Of a stretch of 20,000 bases of DNA, positions 9,905 to 19,467 are shown in pieces. Position numbers and translations under genes: made by a program. Where the stretch lies: contig MU006028.1 of NCBI GenBank assembly GCA_010093745.1, positions 46,563-66,562 on the forward strand, in the 5' to 3' direction. The notes under the pieces were generated by a model. The model ran no database searches and was not told the origin of the DNA. It was given only the letters and a program-made list of their open reading frames with translations. Positions within the stretch are counted from its first letter, which is position 1. Each line of letters starts with the position of its first letter. The stretch comes from Piedraia hortae CBS 480.64. Taxonomy: Eukaryota.

Positions 9905-11116
9905 TTGATCTCTCTGGCTAAAGCGGTAGCCGTGCGCCAAATGTGGTCATTGGGGGCGGGCCAATGTAAAAGGTAGTCTAAATTGGACCTCATCTTCCAA
10001 AATTAACCATGTTGGCTTTCTTGAGGAGGATCACCAAAGTTATCCATGTAACTTTCCCCTTCCTCTGCAAATTATCAGAGTATACCTGCGAAAGTTCTTG
10101 CGTGTGCTTTTTGCGGGTTTCATTGTCCTCATTGGACGGGCTGACGACGGCCGGCCTCTCTTGTAGATGACTCAGGACACCAGAGCAAAGGATATGCTCA
10201 TTTGTGATCCCAAAAAATACCCATAGGCTTTTCCGGGCTTGCCGGAGGGATCTTGAAGAGATAGAAAGCTACCGAGTGTACCTGATCCCTCTATTCTCTC
10301 TGCATGGGACATAGAGGCGGGTGGGGATCTGTATGCGTTGACTTGGATCGAGGGATATGGCACCATCGCAAATGCAGTGTCACTGCTCGGACTGTGCTAT
10401 CCTTATAACTGTGTTGTGCCTTACGGAAGAGCTAACTACGCTGTGGGCTGGAGGTGAGGTGTCAGGGTCACGTGGCTGAGATATGGTTCCGTGACATGTA
10501 GAGCCGGACCTTGTCCAACATAAATGGAAAGGTTCAACTTCGAGCCCATGGTGGCTGGCTAATTGGTGAATAGGCGGGATCTTTGACGACACCCAAGGCA
10601 GGTGATCGGCGTCTGCCGCGGAGAATACAATAGTTGGCCCCCGAGGATAGGAATTTGCTTCTGTTGATGACATGGGCTGCCGGGTACACGACGTCCAGCG
10701 TGTACCAAGATTATCTGCCGATCTGTACCAAAACATGCGATGTCACGGCTTCCCAAGCCTGCTGCACAGCACAGTATTCACCCAACACTGGAGCGGTGTG
10801 CACGCCCCACTTGTCAACGGCGGCATCTAGAACTTCTACCATGACGTCCGTCCAGTTTCCTAAGTACAACAGGCTCTGGGTGCGCGCAATGAGCCCCTGC
10901 CAGATGTCTCGATAGTCAGAGTTGCCAGTGTGGTACGTGAGGAAGAGTATCGCTGGCTGTTCGTTTATGAAGACTTCATAACACTGAAATTTTCCCCTGA
11001 GTGGAAAAGGTTTGTTCAATTAAATTTCCGCATTCAGTGCATGTTGGCGTGAAGGTATTAAATTCTTCAACACTTCCACCACTCCCGGGAAGCACTCTAC
11101 AGTCAAACCTTGACAT
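9905..11116 (-). pseudogene. Trypsin-like serine protease relic, copy B (5' half); 5' boundary approximate
   Basis: Track fragments 10711-11019, 10380-10736 (PTIVFSAADAD..W) and 10172-10366 (GSGTLGSFL), then a frameshift to GITNEHIL (His, 10194-10211) and PAVVSPSNED. Direct nucleotide similarity to copy A, e.g. gtcctcattggacgggct at ~4094 and ~10126. Confidence 0.65.
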
Positions 11117-11552
11117 GGCGGACTCCCAGCATCCTCGCACAACATAAACCAGATTTCCCTCACGTAACAGATGAGGGTTATGTCAGATCGATGCACTGCT
11201 TCAAGGAATTTTGATTGTGGTGCTACACTGGGGGGAAGCTAGCGGCCCGTCACGTCGGAAGCTGCCGTTTCTTCTCCCTTCTTTCAAGGGTTGCATCTCG
11301 CCCTCGTCGTCCAAGTGATGGACTAACCTCTACGCCAGGATGGGCGAGGCGTGTGTTGAAAGACGTCCATCAGTCTTTCCGGCGGAGACTGAAACATGAC
11401 TATCCGCACACGTTCAATCGTCTGTGCATTGATTGAGCACGCTACTCCCTGCACAGCTGGCGGGAAGACTTCAAGAAACGGTGGGATAGAAAGATTTACA
11501 GGCTGGGACTAACTTGTGTTGGTAGTACACTTCAGAAGAACCATTGTATAAT

Positions 11553-11656
11553 ATCACCTTCCGCATGCCCTTCGGGGCGGAGCTATGATACATTCTAGCT
11601 CCTTCGGCATGAGGGAAATAACAATAATAATAACAATAATCATATAATATCACCTT
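11553..11656 (+). other. 88-nt GC-rich double hairpin plus (AAT/AAC)n tail, flanked by 8-bp direct repeats
   Basis: ATCACCTT at 11553-11560 and 11649-11656; GCCC-TTCG-GGGC at 11567-11578; GGAGCTA-N10-TAGCTCC at 11579-11602; AAT-rich tail at 11616-11640. Confidence 0.5.
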
Positions 11657-11882
11657 GGGTAACCTGGAGTCAGGATGTATACAAGCGCTAGGTCGACCAG
11701 CATCGATCTCACAGTTAGCATCCTTCCACTAGTCGAAACACTAATCTAAGATCATCTGCTCATAATCCTACCCTCTGAACTCGATTATAACAACTCCCGA
11801 GTACCACATCACTCCATACGCCAGTCAAAGCATACCATATACCCCACCTCTTTAACCCCTCCCACTCTACGCATCCGTCTGA

Positions 11883-12188
11883 TCATCGTCCCTTCAAATC
11901 TCTCATCTCCCCAATCAGTCTCTGCCCCACTCTTTGGCAAAACATACCCATTGCTTCTTACAATCCTTGTAAGCCTGAAAGTAATCCGCACAGAGAGATT
12001 TATCTCCCTCGTTCCGTCTCAGACATTTCAAACTGCGGTTGGCCGCTTCTTGACATGGATCAAAGTATTCGCTGTGTCGCTTACTTTTCGGCTAGTGGTT
12101 AGTGGTTCACGAGATGGAAGATTTGAAAGGCTCACTTCTGAAATCGCTTTGTACTCTTCTGCCATTCCGCGTCTTTCGGCTCAGACAT
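11883..12188 (-). CDS. COX23: Cytochrome c oxidase assembly factor Cox23 (twin CX9C protein); not in the ORF track
   Basis: Exons 12136-12188, 11948-12083 and probably 11883-11906 give [70 protein letters not shown], with two CX9C motifs. The last exon is less certain. Confidence 0.9.
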
Positions 12189-12326
12189 TTGTTCCGTCGT
12201 TGATGACTCGCGCCGATGACGGTGTGATTACATAAGCAAGGACTACCCTCATCAACACTCGATTCAACGAACATGGCGTGTCTCAAGACTTGATTAAACA
12301 ATACTCAATCACCTAATGCTACTAGA

Positions 12327-13196
12327 CTAAAAAATCCAAAACCTCTTCCTCCTGGGATGCCCGCCCGAAACTGCCGTCGAGGGCGTATACGTCCTGAACT
12401 GCCGCTGCTGTTTGCGCACCTTCCACGCCGCCAACCCTGCCGTAGCCAAACTCATCATGGCCACAGACAAAAAGACAAAAGCAGCAACCAGCAGCCAAAT
12501 CGCTGACCCAAACTTGGCGTGCGACCGATGAGCGTCATCAATCCCAAACCGAGCAACATTAACGTGTCTCCTGACCACGCCAAACGTGACAAAATCCGTA
12601 ACCAGTGCAATCAGCGTCAAGATCCATGCCAGAGACGTAGCCGTCGCGCCGAGTAGAGTTCCCGCAACGCCGCCAGTGACCGAAAGCAATAGCGCAATAA
12701 AAGCCAGCGCGCAGCTAATAGGGTGCAGGACCATAATCCTAGTCAAGCCAGCGGGAACGCCAGACGAAATCTCCGAAAAGGGCCGCATGCTATTCGCCAG
12801 CGCTGCATTGATGTTGCTGATAATCCGCGCGGGGCTGTAGCCTACATGTTGCTTCGTGCACCAGTCGTGAGGCGAACTGTCATCTTGGTCAGCGGCGATG
12901 TGGGCAAAGAAGGCAGAGCGGCAGTGCTTACTCAATCGGAGGGACGTCGAGGATGCAGTATCCAAACGTGCCAAACGTAACGCTGCTGTGGCGAATCTGT
13001 GTCTCGTTGGGTAATGTCACACGCAGGAGGCTGTTGCGGTTCATGATTGGCGATGACACCGTGACGAATAAAAGGAAGAGGCCTGAGATGAATAAGAGAA
13101 GGAGGCTGAGTCTGCGCACAATTGTTAGCCAACGGTTGAATATGATAACAAGGGTTGCGAGGCATACAGGTGACTGGCATGATATGCCTTGGCCAT
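12327..13196 (-). CDS. SUR7/PalI(Rim9)-family multi-pass membrane protein, 252 aa
   Basis: Exons 13168-13196, 12932-13111 and 12327-12876; introns 13112-13167 (GTATGC..CTAAC..CAG) and 12877-12931 (GTAAGC..CTGAC..CAG). N-terminal TM, FGTFGYC...C....VGY claudin-like motif, LHPI.C, further TMs and FG.AIW. Confidence 0.88.
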
Positions 13197-13607
13197 TGTG
13201 TGCTTGAGAAGTTTGATCTTCTGATCTGCAAACTGATATGTATAGGTTTATGACAGGTATAACGATCAGGCGTGAGAAATTAGGTGAGTGAGGTGTAGGA
13301 AAGAAGGAGAAGAATCGTCTGTTTCGACGGTTAAAAGGAAGCTTGACAGGATCCGCTGTGCAATTACTGTTCCCTAACTGTGGCGGAAGGTGCCATGCTT
13401 ACCTGAGGAAAGAACGAGGGAATTATGATTTTGGGACGGGTACTCACAATACGTCAATGACAGTCAGCATATAGTAAACAGTTACCGGCTGGGAGTTCGA
13501 ACAAAGGATTCTTTGCCCTACACCAAGATAGCTTAACTTTCATTCGTGTCAGACAAGGCAGACACTACTGTATGCGAAAAAGCTCTAAACTTTTGCCTAG
13601 AACCATA

Positions 13608-14834
13608 TTAATGATCGCTTGAAATGGTGATGAGCGGCCGCCTTCTGTGACGCTGCGGTTGGACGGGGCTCTCATCTGAAGTGTCGAAATTTTGTTGAGC
13701 ACCATCGTAACCGTCTGCGTCGTCCTCATCGTCTTGATCTGAGTCTTGATTTGAGTCTTGTTCCTCATCGTCTTCTGAGTCATCGCTTCCTTCCTCTTCG
13801 TCTGAATCGTAATCTTGCTCGTCCTCATCTTCTCCGTCTTCTTGGTCATCGTTACGAGATCCTTGACCTAGATAGAGCAGCGAAGGGTCTTCTTCATCGT
13901 CGACAGAGTGTGATGATGCATCGTGATCTCCCCAGCTACCAGTCTCCATGTCATCAAGAGTATACTGGCTCTGGTGATAGGTGGCCTCATCATCATCGTC
14001 GTCGTCGTCATTTTCAATAAAATCATCCATTTCGGAATCCGCTTCGTCTTCGTCAAGCGTTGAATCAAAGGGAAAAGGCCGGGCCAACGAGCCAAATGAT
14101 CCGGTGTGATCTATTACATGAAAACGTGGCCGCATCTCTATCTCGTCGTCATCGTCAGCATCGTCGTCATCTTCATCTTCACTGTTGTCCATGACAGAGA
14201 AAAATCTGTCGTCATCATATGGCATTATCTCCTCGTCTGAGAAATACTCTCCATCGAAGCTCAGATGACAGTTAGTGCAGACGTTGTCTTCGACTTCCCA
14301 TTGGCAGTTCGGACAACGTTCGACGCCATCAGTCTCGTCGACAAGCGGTTGCGTACGGAAAAGTCCCTGGAACAAGCCGCCGCCGTTAACATTAGCCTTA
14401 TCATTGGCCACAGTATTTGCTTCTTCGTCCGCCATTCGTTTATTTTCTTCCAAGGAATCGCCGTGAGCCAGTAGGTGAGCGCGGCTGTTGAAATGCGCGG
14501 CGATGTCCCGTATGACGTATGATGGTACAGGCTGAATTTCCACATCGGCACGGCAGTCGGGACAGGATAGTGTCTTTTGCAGCCATTTGCTTAGGCAGCT
14601 GTAGCAATACGTGTGGCCACAGTGGAGGGTGTATGGCTCGAACATAAAGATCTGACAGATTCGGCACGTGATGAGTTGCCGGACGGCGCTGATATCGGCC
14701 TGCAGTGTTTCCAGCTGTGTTTCATGCTGAGATGCTGCTTCAGAACCAGCATCTTTTGGAAGTCTGGCAGTTCGACCGAATTCGCCGCCAGAACACTCGG
14801 TCTTGAGTTTTTTTCTGGAGGAGAGGGCCTCCAT
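13608..14834 (-). CDS. PSH1: C3HC4 RING E3 ubiquitin ligase, Psh1-like, with acidic C-terminal tail
   Basis: RING CRIC...CGHTYCYSC...CPDC, second Cys cluster DETDGVERCPNCQWE...CTNC, and a long D/E-rich tail. This architecture is typical of the Psh1 family; orthology is inferred. Confidence 0.75.
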   Translation of the reverse strand: MEALSSRKKLKTECSGGEFGRTARLPKDAGSEAASQHETQLETLQADISAVRQLITCRICQIFMFEPYTLHCGHTYCYSCLSKWLQKTLSCPDCRADVEIQPVPSYVIRDIAAHFNSRAHLLAHGDSLEENKRMADEEANTVANDKANVNGGGLFQGLFRTQPLVDETDGVERCPNCQWEVEDNVCTNCHLSFDGEYFSDEEIMPYDDDRFFSVMDNSEDEDDDDADDDDEIEMRPRFHVIDHTGSFGSLARPFPFDSTLDEDEADSEMDDFIENDDDDDDDEATYHQSQYTLDDMETGSWGDHDASSHSVDDEEDPSLLYLGQGSRNDDQEDGEDEDEQDYDSDEEEGSDDSEDDEEQDSNQDSDQDDEDDADGYDGAQQNFDTSDESPVQPQRHRRRPLITISSDH

Positions 14835-15217
14835 TTCGCGATGTCGTTTCGGTGCCAGCGTGATTGGCTCTCTTGAGGTTTGTGGACCGGAACTTGGTTG
14901 TAATGGTGGTGCGAGGAAGAGGTGAGGTCAGCTGAATGCCCGATGTCGCAAGCACGAGATTTGTCGTCGGGACGGCTCGAGCCGCGCTATACCATAATGG
15001 GCAGGTCAGTTTCCCTACTTCCAAGCAGCTGCAACGAGGTGTTTCTCTTGAGCGTGCTAAAAGTATTTGCTGGTATGTAGCGTAGCCAACAACCAATTAC
15101 ACTGTTATCCATATGCCAGTCGTTGTACTCAATCTGCAAATATGATTATACATACAACCCAAGAGAGGCAGCCCTGTTTGTGTCTTTAAATCCATCACAT
15201 CATGAAATACTCGTGGT

Positions 15218-16591
15218 TCAATGTCCATTCTTTGCCGACTGCGGTAGTTCGTGGACGGCTTCCTCGATAATGCGCAGCGCATCCCTGACCTGCTCCTCGC
15301 TGATGACGAGCGGAGGCGCTAGACGAATAATATTCTGGTGCGTCGGCTTGGCTAACAGACCCTTCTGCTTCATCAACATGCAAAGGTCCCACGCCTCGTG
15401 GCCGTTTGTGCGGCTCTCATCGATGACGATGGCATTCAAGAGGCCCTTACCCCGTACAGTTTGGATCATGGGCTCCCGCTTCTGCAGATCATGGAGGCCC
15501 CTGCGGAATATCTCGCCCATCTTCTCTGCGCGCTCCGTCAGCTGTTCGTCCTCAACAACCTCGAGAGCGGCAATGGCCACGGCACTTCCGAGCGGGTTAC
15601 CGCCATACGTGCTGCCGTGCGTGCCGGGCTCGACCGTTAGCATAATTTCCTTGGAGCCCAACACGCACGACACGGGATACATGCCGCCGCTAATGGCCTT
15701 GCCAAGCAGCACCAGATCCGGCCGGATTCCGGCCCACTGATGGCAAAGCATTTTTCCTGTTCGCGCGATTCCCGTCTGGATCTCGTCGCAGATCATTAGC
15801 ACGTTGTGCTTGTCGCACAGCTCGCGCACGCGCTTCAGGTAATCCTCGTCTGGCACGACAATGCCCGCCTCACCCTGAATTGGCTCGACGAGAAAACCAG
15901 CAGTCTGCGGGCCGTACTTCTTAAAAACCTCTTCCAGCGCCGCGGCATCGTTGAAGGGGATTGGATTCCCGGTGCTGGGGTTAACAGAGCTGACATTGGG
16001 CAGATACGGGCCATAGTTGTCACGACTCTCGGGATCAGAGCTCAGGGTGATTGCCGAAAAGGTTCGACCGTGGAAGTTCTCCTGCACACCAAACACCCAC
16101 GCCTTGTCCTGTTCAATCTTCTTGACCTTGTATCCCCATTTACGTGCAATCTTGACGGCTGTCTCGACCGCCTCGGCGCCCGTGTTCATGGGCAGAACCA
16201 TGTCGTAGTCCATCATCTTGGTGATCTTGGCCGCAAATTGCGGGAAGACATCATTGTAGAAGGCGCGGCTGCTCAGAGTCAGTCGGCTGGCCTGGTCCGT
16301 GAGCGCCTTGACGAGCTTCGGATGGCAATGGCCCTGGTTGACGGCTGAGTAGGCCGAAAGAAAGTCGAGGTAGTGCTTGCCCTCGGGGTCCCACACCGAA
16401 CATCCCGACGCTCTCGCAAAGACAATGGGCAGCGGGTGGTAGTTGTGCGCGGCGTGAGCCGCTTCGGTTTCGATCGCCGCCTGCGATGATTCTGTGTGCA
16501 CATGGGACGCCGCCGGCTTGAAGGTCGCCGCTGTCGCGTTCAACGTGGCCCCAATGGCCTGTTCAGTCTTCTCAATAGCGCCTGGAGCCAT
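15218..16591 (-). CDS. CAR2: Ornithine aminotransferase (class III PLP enzyme), intronless
   Basis: AHNYHPLP, DFLSAYSAVNQGHCHP, PMNTGAEAVETA, FHGRT, EPIQGEAG, DEIQTG, LGKAISGG (PLP lysine), HGSTYGGNPL, AKPTH.NIIRLAPPL. Confidence 0.97.
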   Translation of the reverse strand: MAPGAIEKTEQAIGATLNATAATFKPAASHVHTESSQAAIETEAAHAAHNYHPLPIVFARASGCSVWDPEGKHYLDFLSAYSAVNQGHCHPKLVKALTDQASRLTLSSRAFYNDVFPQFAAKITKMMDYDMVLPMNTGAEAVETAVKIARKWGYKVKKIEQDKAWVFGVQENFHGRTFSAITLSSDPESRDNYGPYLPNVSSVNPSTGNPIPFNDAAALEEVFKKYGPQTAGFLVEPIQGEAGIVVPDEDYLKRVRELCDKHNVLMICDEIQTGIARTGKMLCHQWAGIRPDLVLLGKAISGGMYPVSCVLGSKEIMLTVEPGTHGSTYGGNPLGSAVAIAALEVVEDEQLTERAEKMGEIFRRGLHDLQKREPMIQTVRGKGLLNAIVIDESRTNGHEAWDLCMLMKQKGLLAKPTHQNIIRLAPPLVISEEQVRDALRIIEEAVHELPQSAKNGH

Positions 16592-16647
16592 GGTGAACCA
16601 ATTGTTTGGGAAGTCAAACGCTTGCGGTCATTCAACATTTTCTTTAA

Positions 16648-16663
16648 CCCCGCGGGGCCCCGC
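16648..16663. promoter_or_regulatory. Cluster of three CreA/Mig1-type SYGGRG boxes upstream of OAT
   Basis: CCCCGCGGGGCCCCGC contains GCGGGG once on + and twice on -, about 60 bp upstream of the OAT ATG. Confidence 0.45.
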
Positions 16664-16853
16664 ATACCGCTTACTAGCGGCTCAACGTTAAGCATTAGCC
16701 CTATATGTCATGAGTGACGAAAGTAATCATAAGTAACAGCTTTTGTCATGATTAACAACGCTTTCGTGAATTATGTTCTAGAGTGTCCCAACGCCTCATG
16801 CTCTGCTTCGCCGTCTTAGGTGGATGTCGTGCCCGTCCAGAGTACCAGACCTT

Positions 16854-17318
16854 TCAATCACTTGATACTACCTCCTGCTGCTTTCCATTCTTCCAGTATG
16901 TGCCATTGACGGCGGCGCTGATGCCCACGCCGACCGCTATCAGGATTCCGACAACCAAAACCGCCATGACGATGCGAATAGCCAATCGCTGACGCTTGCT
17001 CAAATTCGACCACCTGTCTTTGATGGGGGCGCATGAGAGTAGGCCCTTGTCTGCCCGTCGTCGTCGCTTCTCCTCTTGACGTTGCTGCACCAGCGTTTGT
17101 CGCGACGGCCACATTCTGCATTCCTTGATGTCGACGCTGACCTTGTTTGTGAAAGGGTTTTCGTCGTTGATCGACAGCGGCGTCGCTGCACCGCTCTCCA
17201 TGTCCGTCTCGAAGGGCGCCAGCTTTTCGGCGGAGCCTGCCGGGGTGAGCACAGAAGACGTCATGGCCGACTTCTCAATCGAGGCCCCAAAGGTAGAAGT
17301 GGTAGGTTGCGTGGCCAT
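16854..17318 (-). CDS. Hypothetical single-pass membrane protein (154 aa)
   Basis: ATG-initiated ORF with coding-like composition: ECRMWPSRQTL, a basic stretch, WSNLSKRQRL, then a hydrophobic TM (IVMAVLVVGILIAVGVGISAAV) near the C-terminus. Confidence 0.75.
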   Translation of the reverse strand: MATQPTTSTFGASIEKSAMTSSVLTPAGSAEKLAPFETDMESGAATPLSINDENPFTNKVSVDIKECRMWPSRQTLVQQRQEEKRRRRADKGLLSCAPIKDRWSNLSKRQRLAIRIVMAVLVVGILIAVGVGISAAVNGTYWKNGKQQEVVSSD

Positions 17319-17664
17319 TAAAGGTGGTTATGTCGGAGGTCACGCCTTCCCTCCTCAAATCTTTACAGTGGCAGGGCTGACCGCGCGTATAAAAGGCAGT
17401 TAATCAATCAAGAACATGCGGTTGACGCCTGTTGCATCTGCTGCGTCAGGGGTTTATTATTGGCAGTCAGATGGTACGCGTCGCCGTTATTATTAGCGCT
17501 TTGACCACTCAGAGCGTTAGAAACAGCCTCTATTACGCAACCGTCCCCTAATTGAAGTGGCGCCGTGAGTCAGGGGTGGGAACAGCTTCCAGCTGCAAGC
17601 CCCAGTCGATCTTTCGCTAATCCACTTTGAGCCTAGTGTCTCAATCTCTAAAGATCCTGCCCGC

Positions 17665-17689
17665 CCAAGGCCAAGGCCAAGGCCAAGGC
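17665..17689. repeat. Hexanucleotide microsatellite (CCAAGG)4
   Basis: Four perfect tandem CCAAGG units. Confidence 0.9.
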
Positions 17690-19272
17690 TCAGTGGAGGT
17701 CATCAAGACTTGTAATGACATTAGCTTGCAATATCACGTAGATTGCTTTTTCAATTGATGCCCGGGTTCCCAACACGATCCTAGCACGGGTAAATCTCGT
17801 TCCCGGCGCCATCCGTTGGCTCCCTGCCATGGCTGGATCCATGGTAATTGATTGGTTTGTCAGGACAGCAACCTGCATTTGTCGCGTTATCATTATACGT
17901 CACTGTCCCAACGGCTTTTAACGTTGCATCGCCACTTGGATCTGCCGTGGCCATGTCGCGAGCACAACAGGAAATGCTCGAGGATGGCGAGAGATATTGG
18001 CAGGCTACCCTGTCACGACACGAGGCTAAGGACGAGGGGTCGGGGTCGAGGGATCGATGAGAGACAAGGGTGAGAGGCTCAAAGCAATAGACTATGGACT
18101 AGAGGACTGCGTAGACCCTCTGTAGACAGAGGACAATGCATGAAAAAGAGAAGAGGAAAGTCAGTGCCCGCCTGAGCCCTGAGTTCTGACATACCCCAAC
18201 CTATCAGTCAGTAGAATAGGTTGAAATGTTCCTTTTGCTTGTGCTACACAGAGTGATTACACAGAATACGAATTGAACGGCAAGGAAGTGCCAGGGTACA
18301 CACTGGAGCGGTGGAGTCAGTCTATCCACATCACCAGTTTTCATGCGATCGTTCGGTGATGTGGAGCGACACGTGAACAGCAGCCGAACCATGACTGAAC
18401 ACGGAGGTCGTTCTCCCATTCCATGTGATGATCGATTTATCCTAATCGTGAAGCTACGCTGTTACAAACATGCAAAACGTTTCCACTCAAGAGCATTCCC
18501 TTCTCAATCTCCTATACGCAGACAACTGGCAAGCGTGCTTTTGGCGATTCCTGACAAGGAGTCATCCTTTCCAACCTCGAGGGCTCTTTCAAGCTTTCTT
18601 TGCCGTTTGGCCTAGTCTGGCGGAAACCCCACCAAACTCGTATACTTTCCTGTATCCTAATTATCTTCAGACTTCGATTCTTGAACCGTCCGCCAAGAGC
18701 GAATAAGTTGCCATGCATATCAATTTCTAGAATTCATTTACAATTTGTAAGCGAACCATTTTACAACCATCAAATCACGATACGGTGCATTTCATAACAT
18801 ATCGTTTCACCAATCCCATGCTCGGTTTTTGTGGGTGATAAATCACCAGGCACAATGACAGCCATCATTTGCACTATCAGGAGCGTATTGATTGGTAAAA
18901 GAAGACTGATAAGCATGCGTTTACATCTATAGAGCATTCCCTTCGCACTTGGCATATCATAAACCCACGGGGCCTTGTTCATAACACGCAGTGCGACACC
19001 ATACTACTACAGCTAACCTACTGGAATTTGCCACAACGATCCCCTCAATCATTCCCAAATTCTCTTAGACGGAGCTGAAGTGTGAAGGAGTCTAAGCTTC
19101 TTGAGCCCAGTGCCAGAACATGCTAACAATATTGCACTTCCCAGTGACTGACTACCGTAATTCCTTAGAGGACATTAATAGTTACCAAATTATAAGCAAT
19201 GCAGCTACTCTATCCATCCGATTGATCTACCCATACTCCGAGATCGATTGACCTCCACAAACTCCAACCAAC

Positions 19273-19467
19273 TCAAAACCAACTCCTCTCCACATGAGTA
19301 GTAACCCGCCTGCCAAATCTCTTCAGTTCTATGGACCTGTACTCGTACCTCCCCGTTTCTCAGCGTAAACAACTGGACCCTGAACTCGAACAGCTAGAGC
19401 AACATTACCCTGAGCCTGAACTCGATGAGTTTCGCTTCAGTTGGTTGGGGAAGTGGACTTTGGCCAT
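19273..19467 (-). CDS. Candidate two-exon 44-aa microprotein
   Basis: Exons 19409-19467 and 19273-19348 with intron 19349-19408 (GTAATG...GCTGAG...GAG) give MAKVHFPNQLKRNSSSSGSGYEYRSIELKRFGRRVTTHVERSWF. Start context gctATGg and a C/T-rich leader upstream. Confidence 0.45.

Noticed and set aside
11561..11615. Hammerhead ribozyme or snRNA interpretation of the hairpin cluster
   Set aside because: Lacks the CUGANGA/GAAA core and the U5 loop or Sm-site signatures on either strand.
871..13196. EIS1 and the SUR7/PalI-family gene as an eisosome gene cluster
   Set aside because: The protein looks PalI/Rim9-like rather than Sur7-like and COX23 lies between them; adjacency alone is not evidence.
15123..16348. 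205-aa and 180-aa + strand ORFs
   Set aside because: Antisense to the GC-rich OAT gene, a typical shadow-frame artefact.
18490..18944. 14-bp direct repeat AGAGCATTCCCTTC at ~18490 and ~18931
   Set aside because: Similarity does not extend convincingly, and no ORF or element ends lie between the copies.
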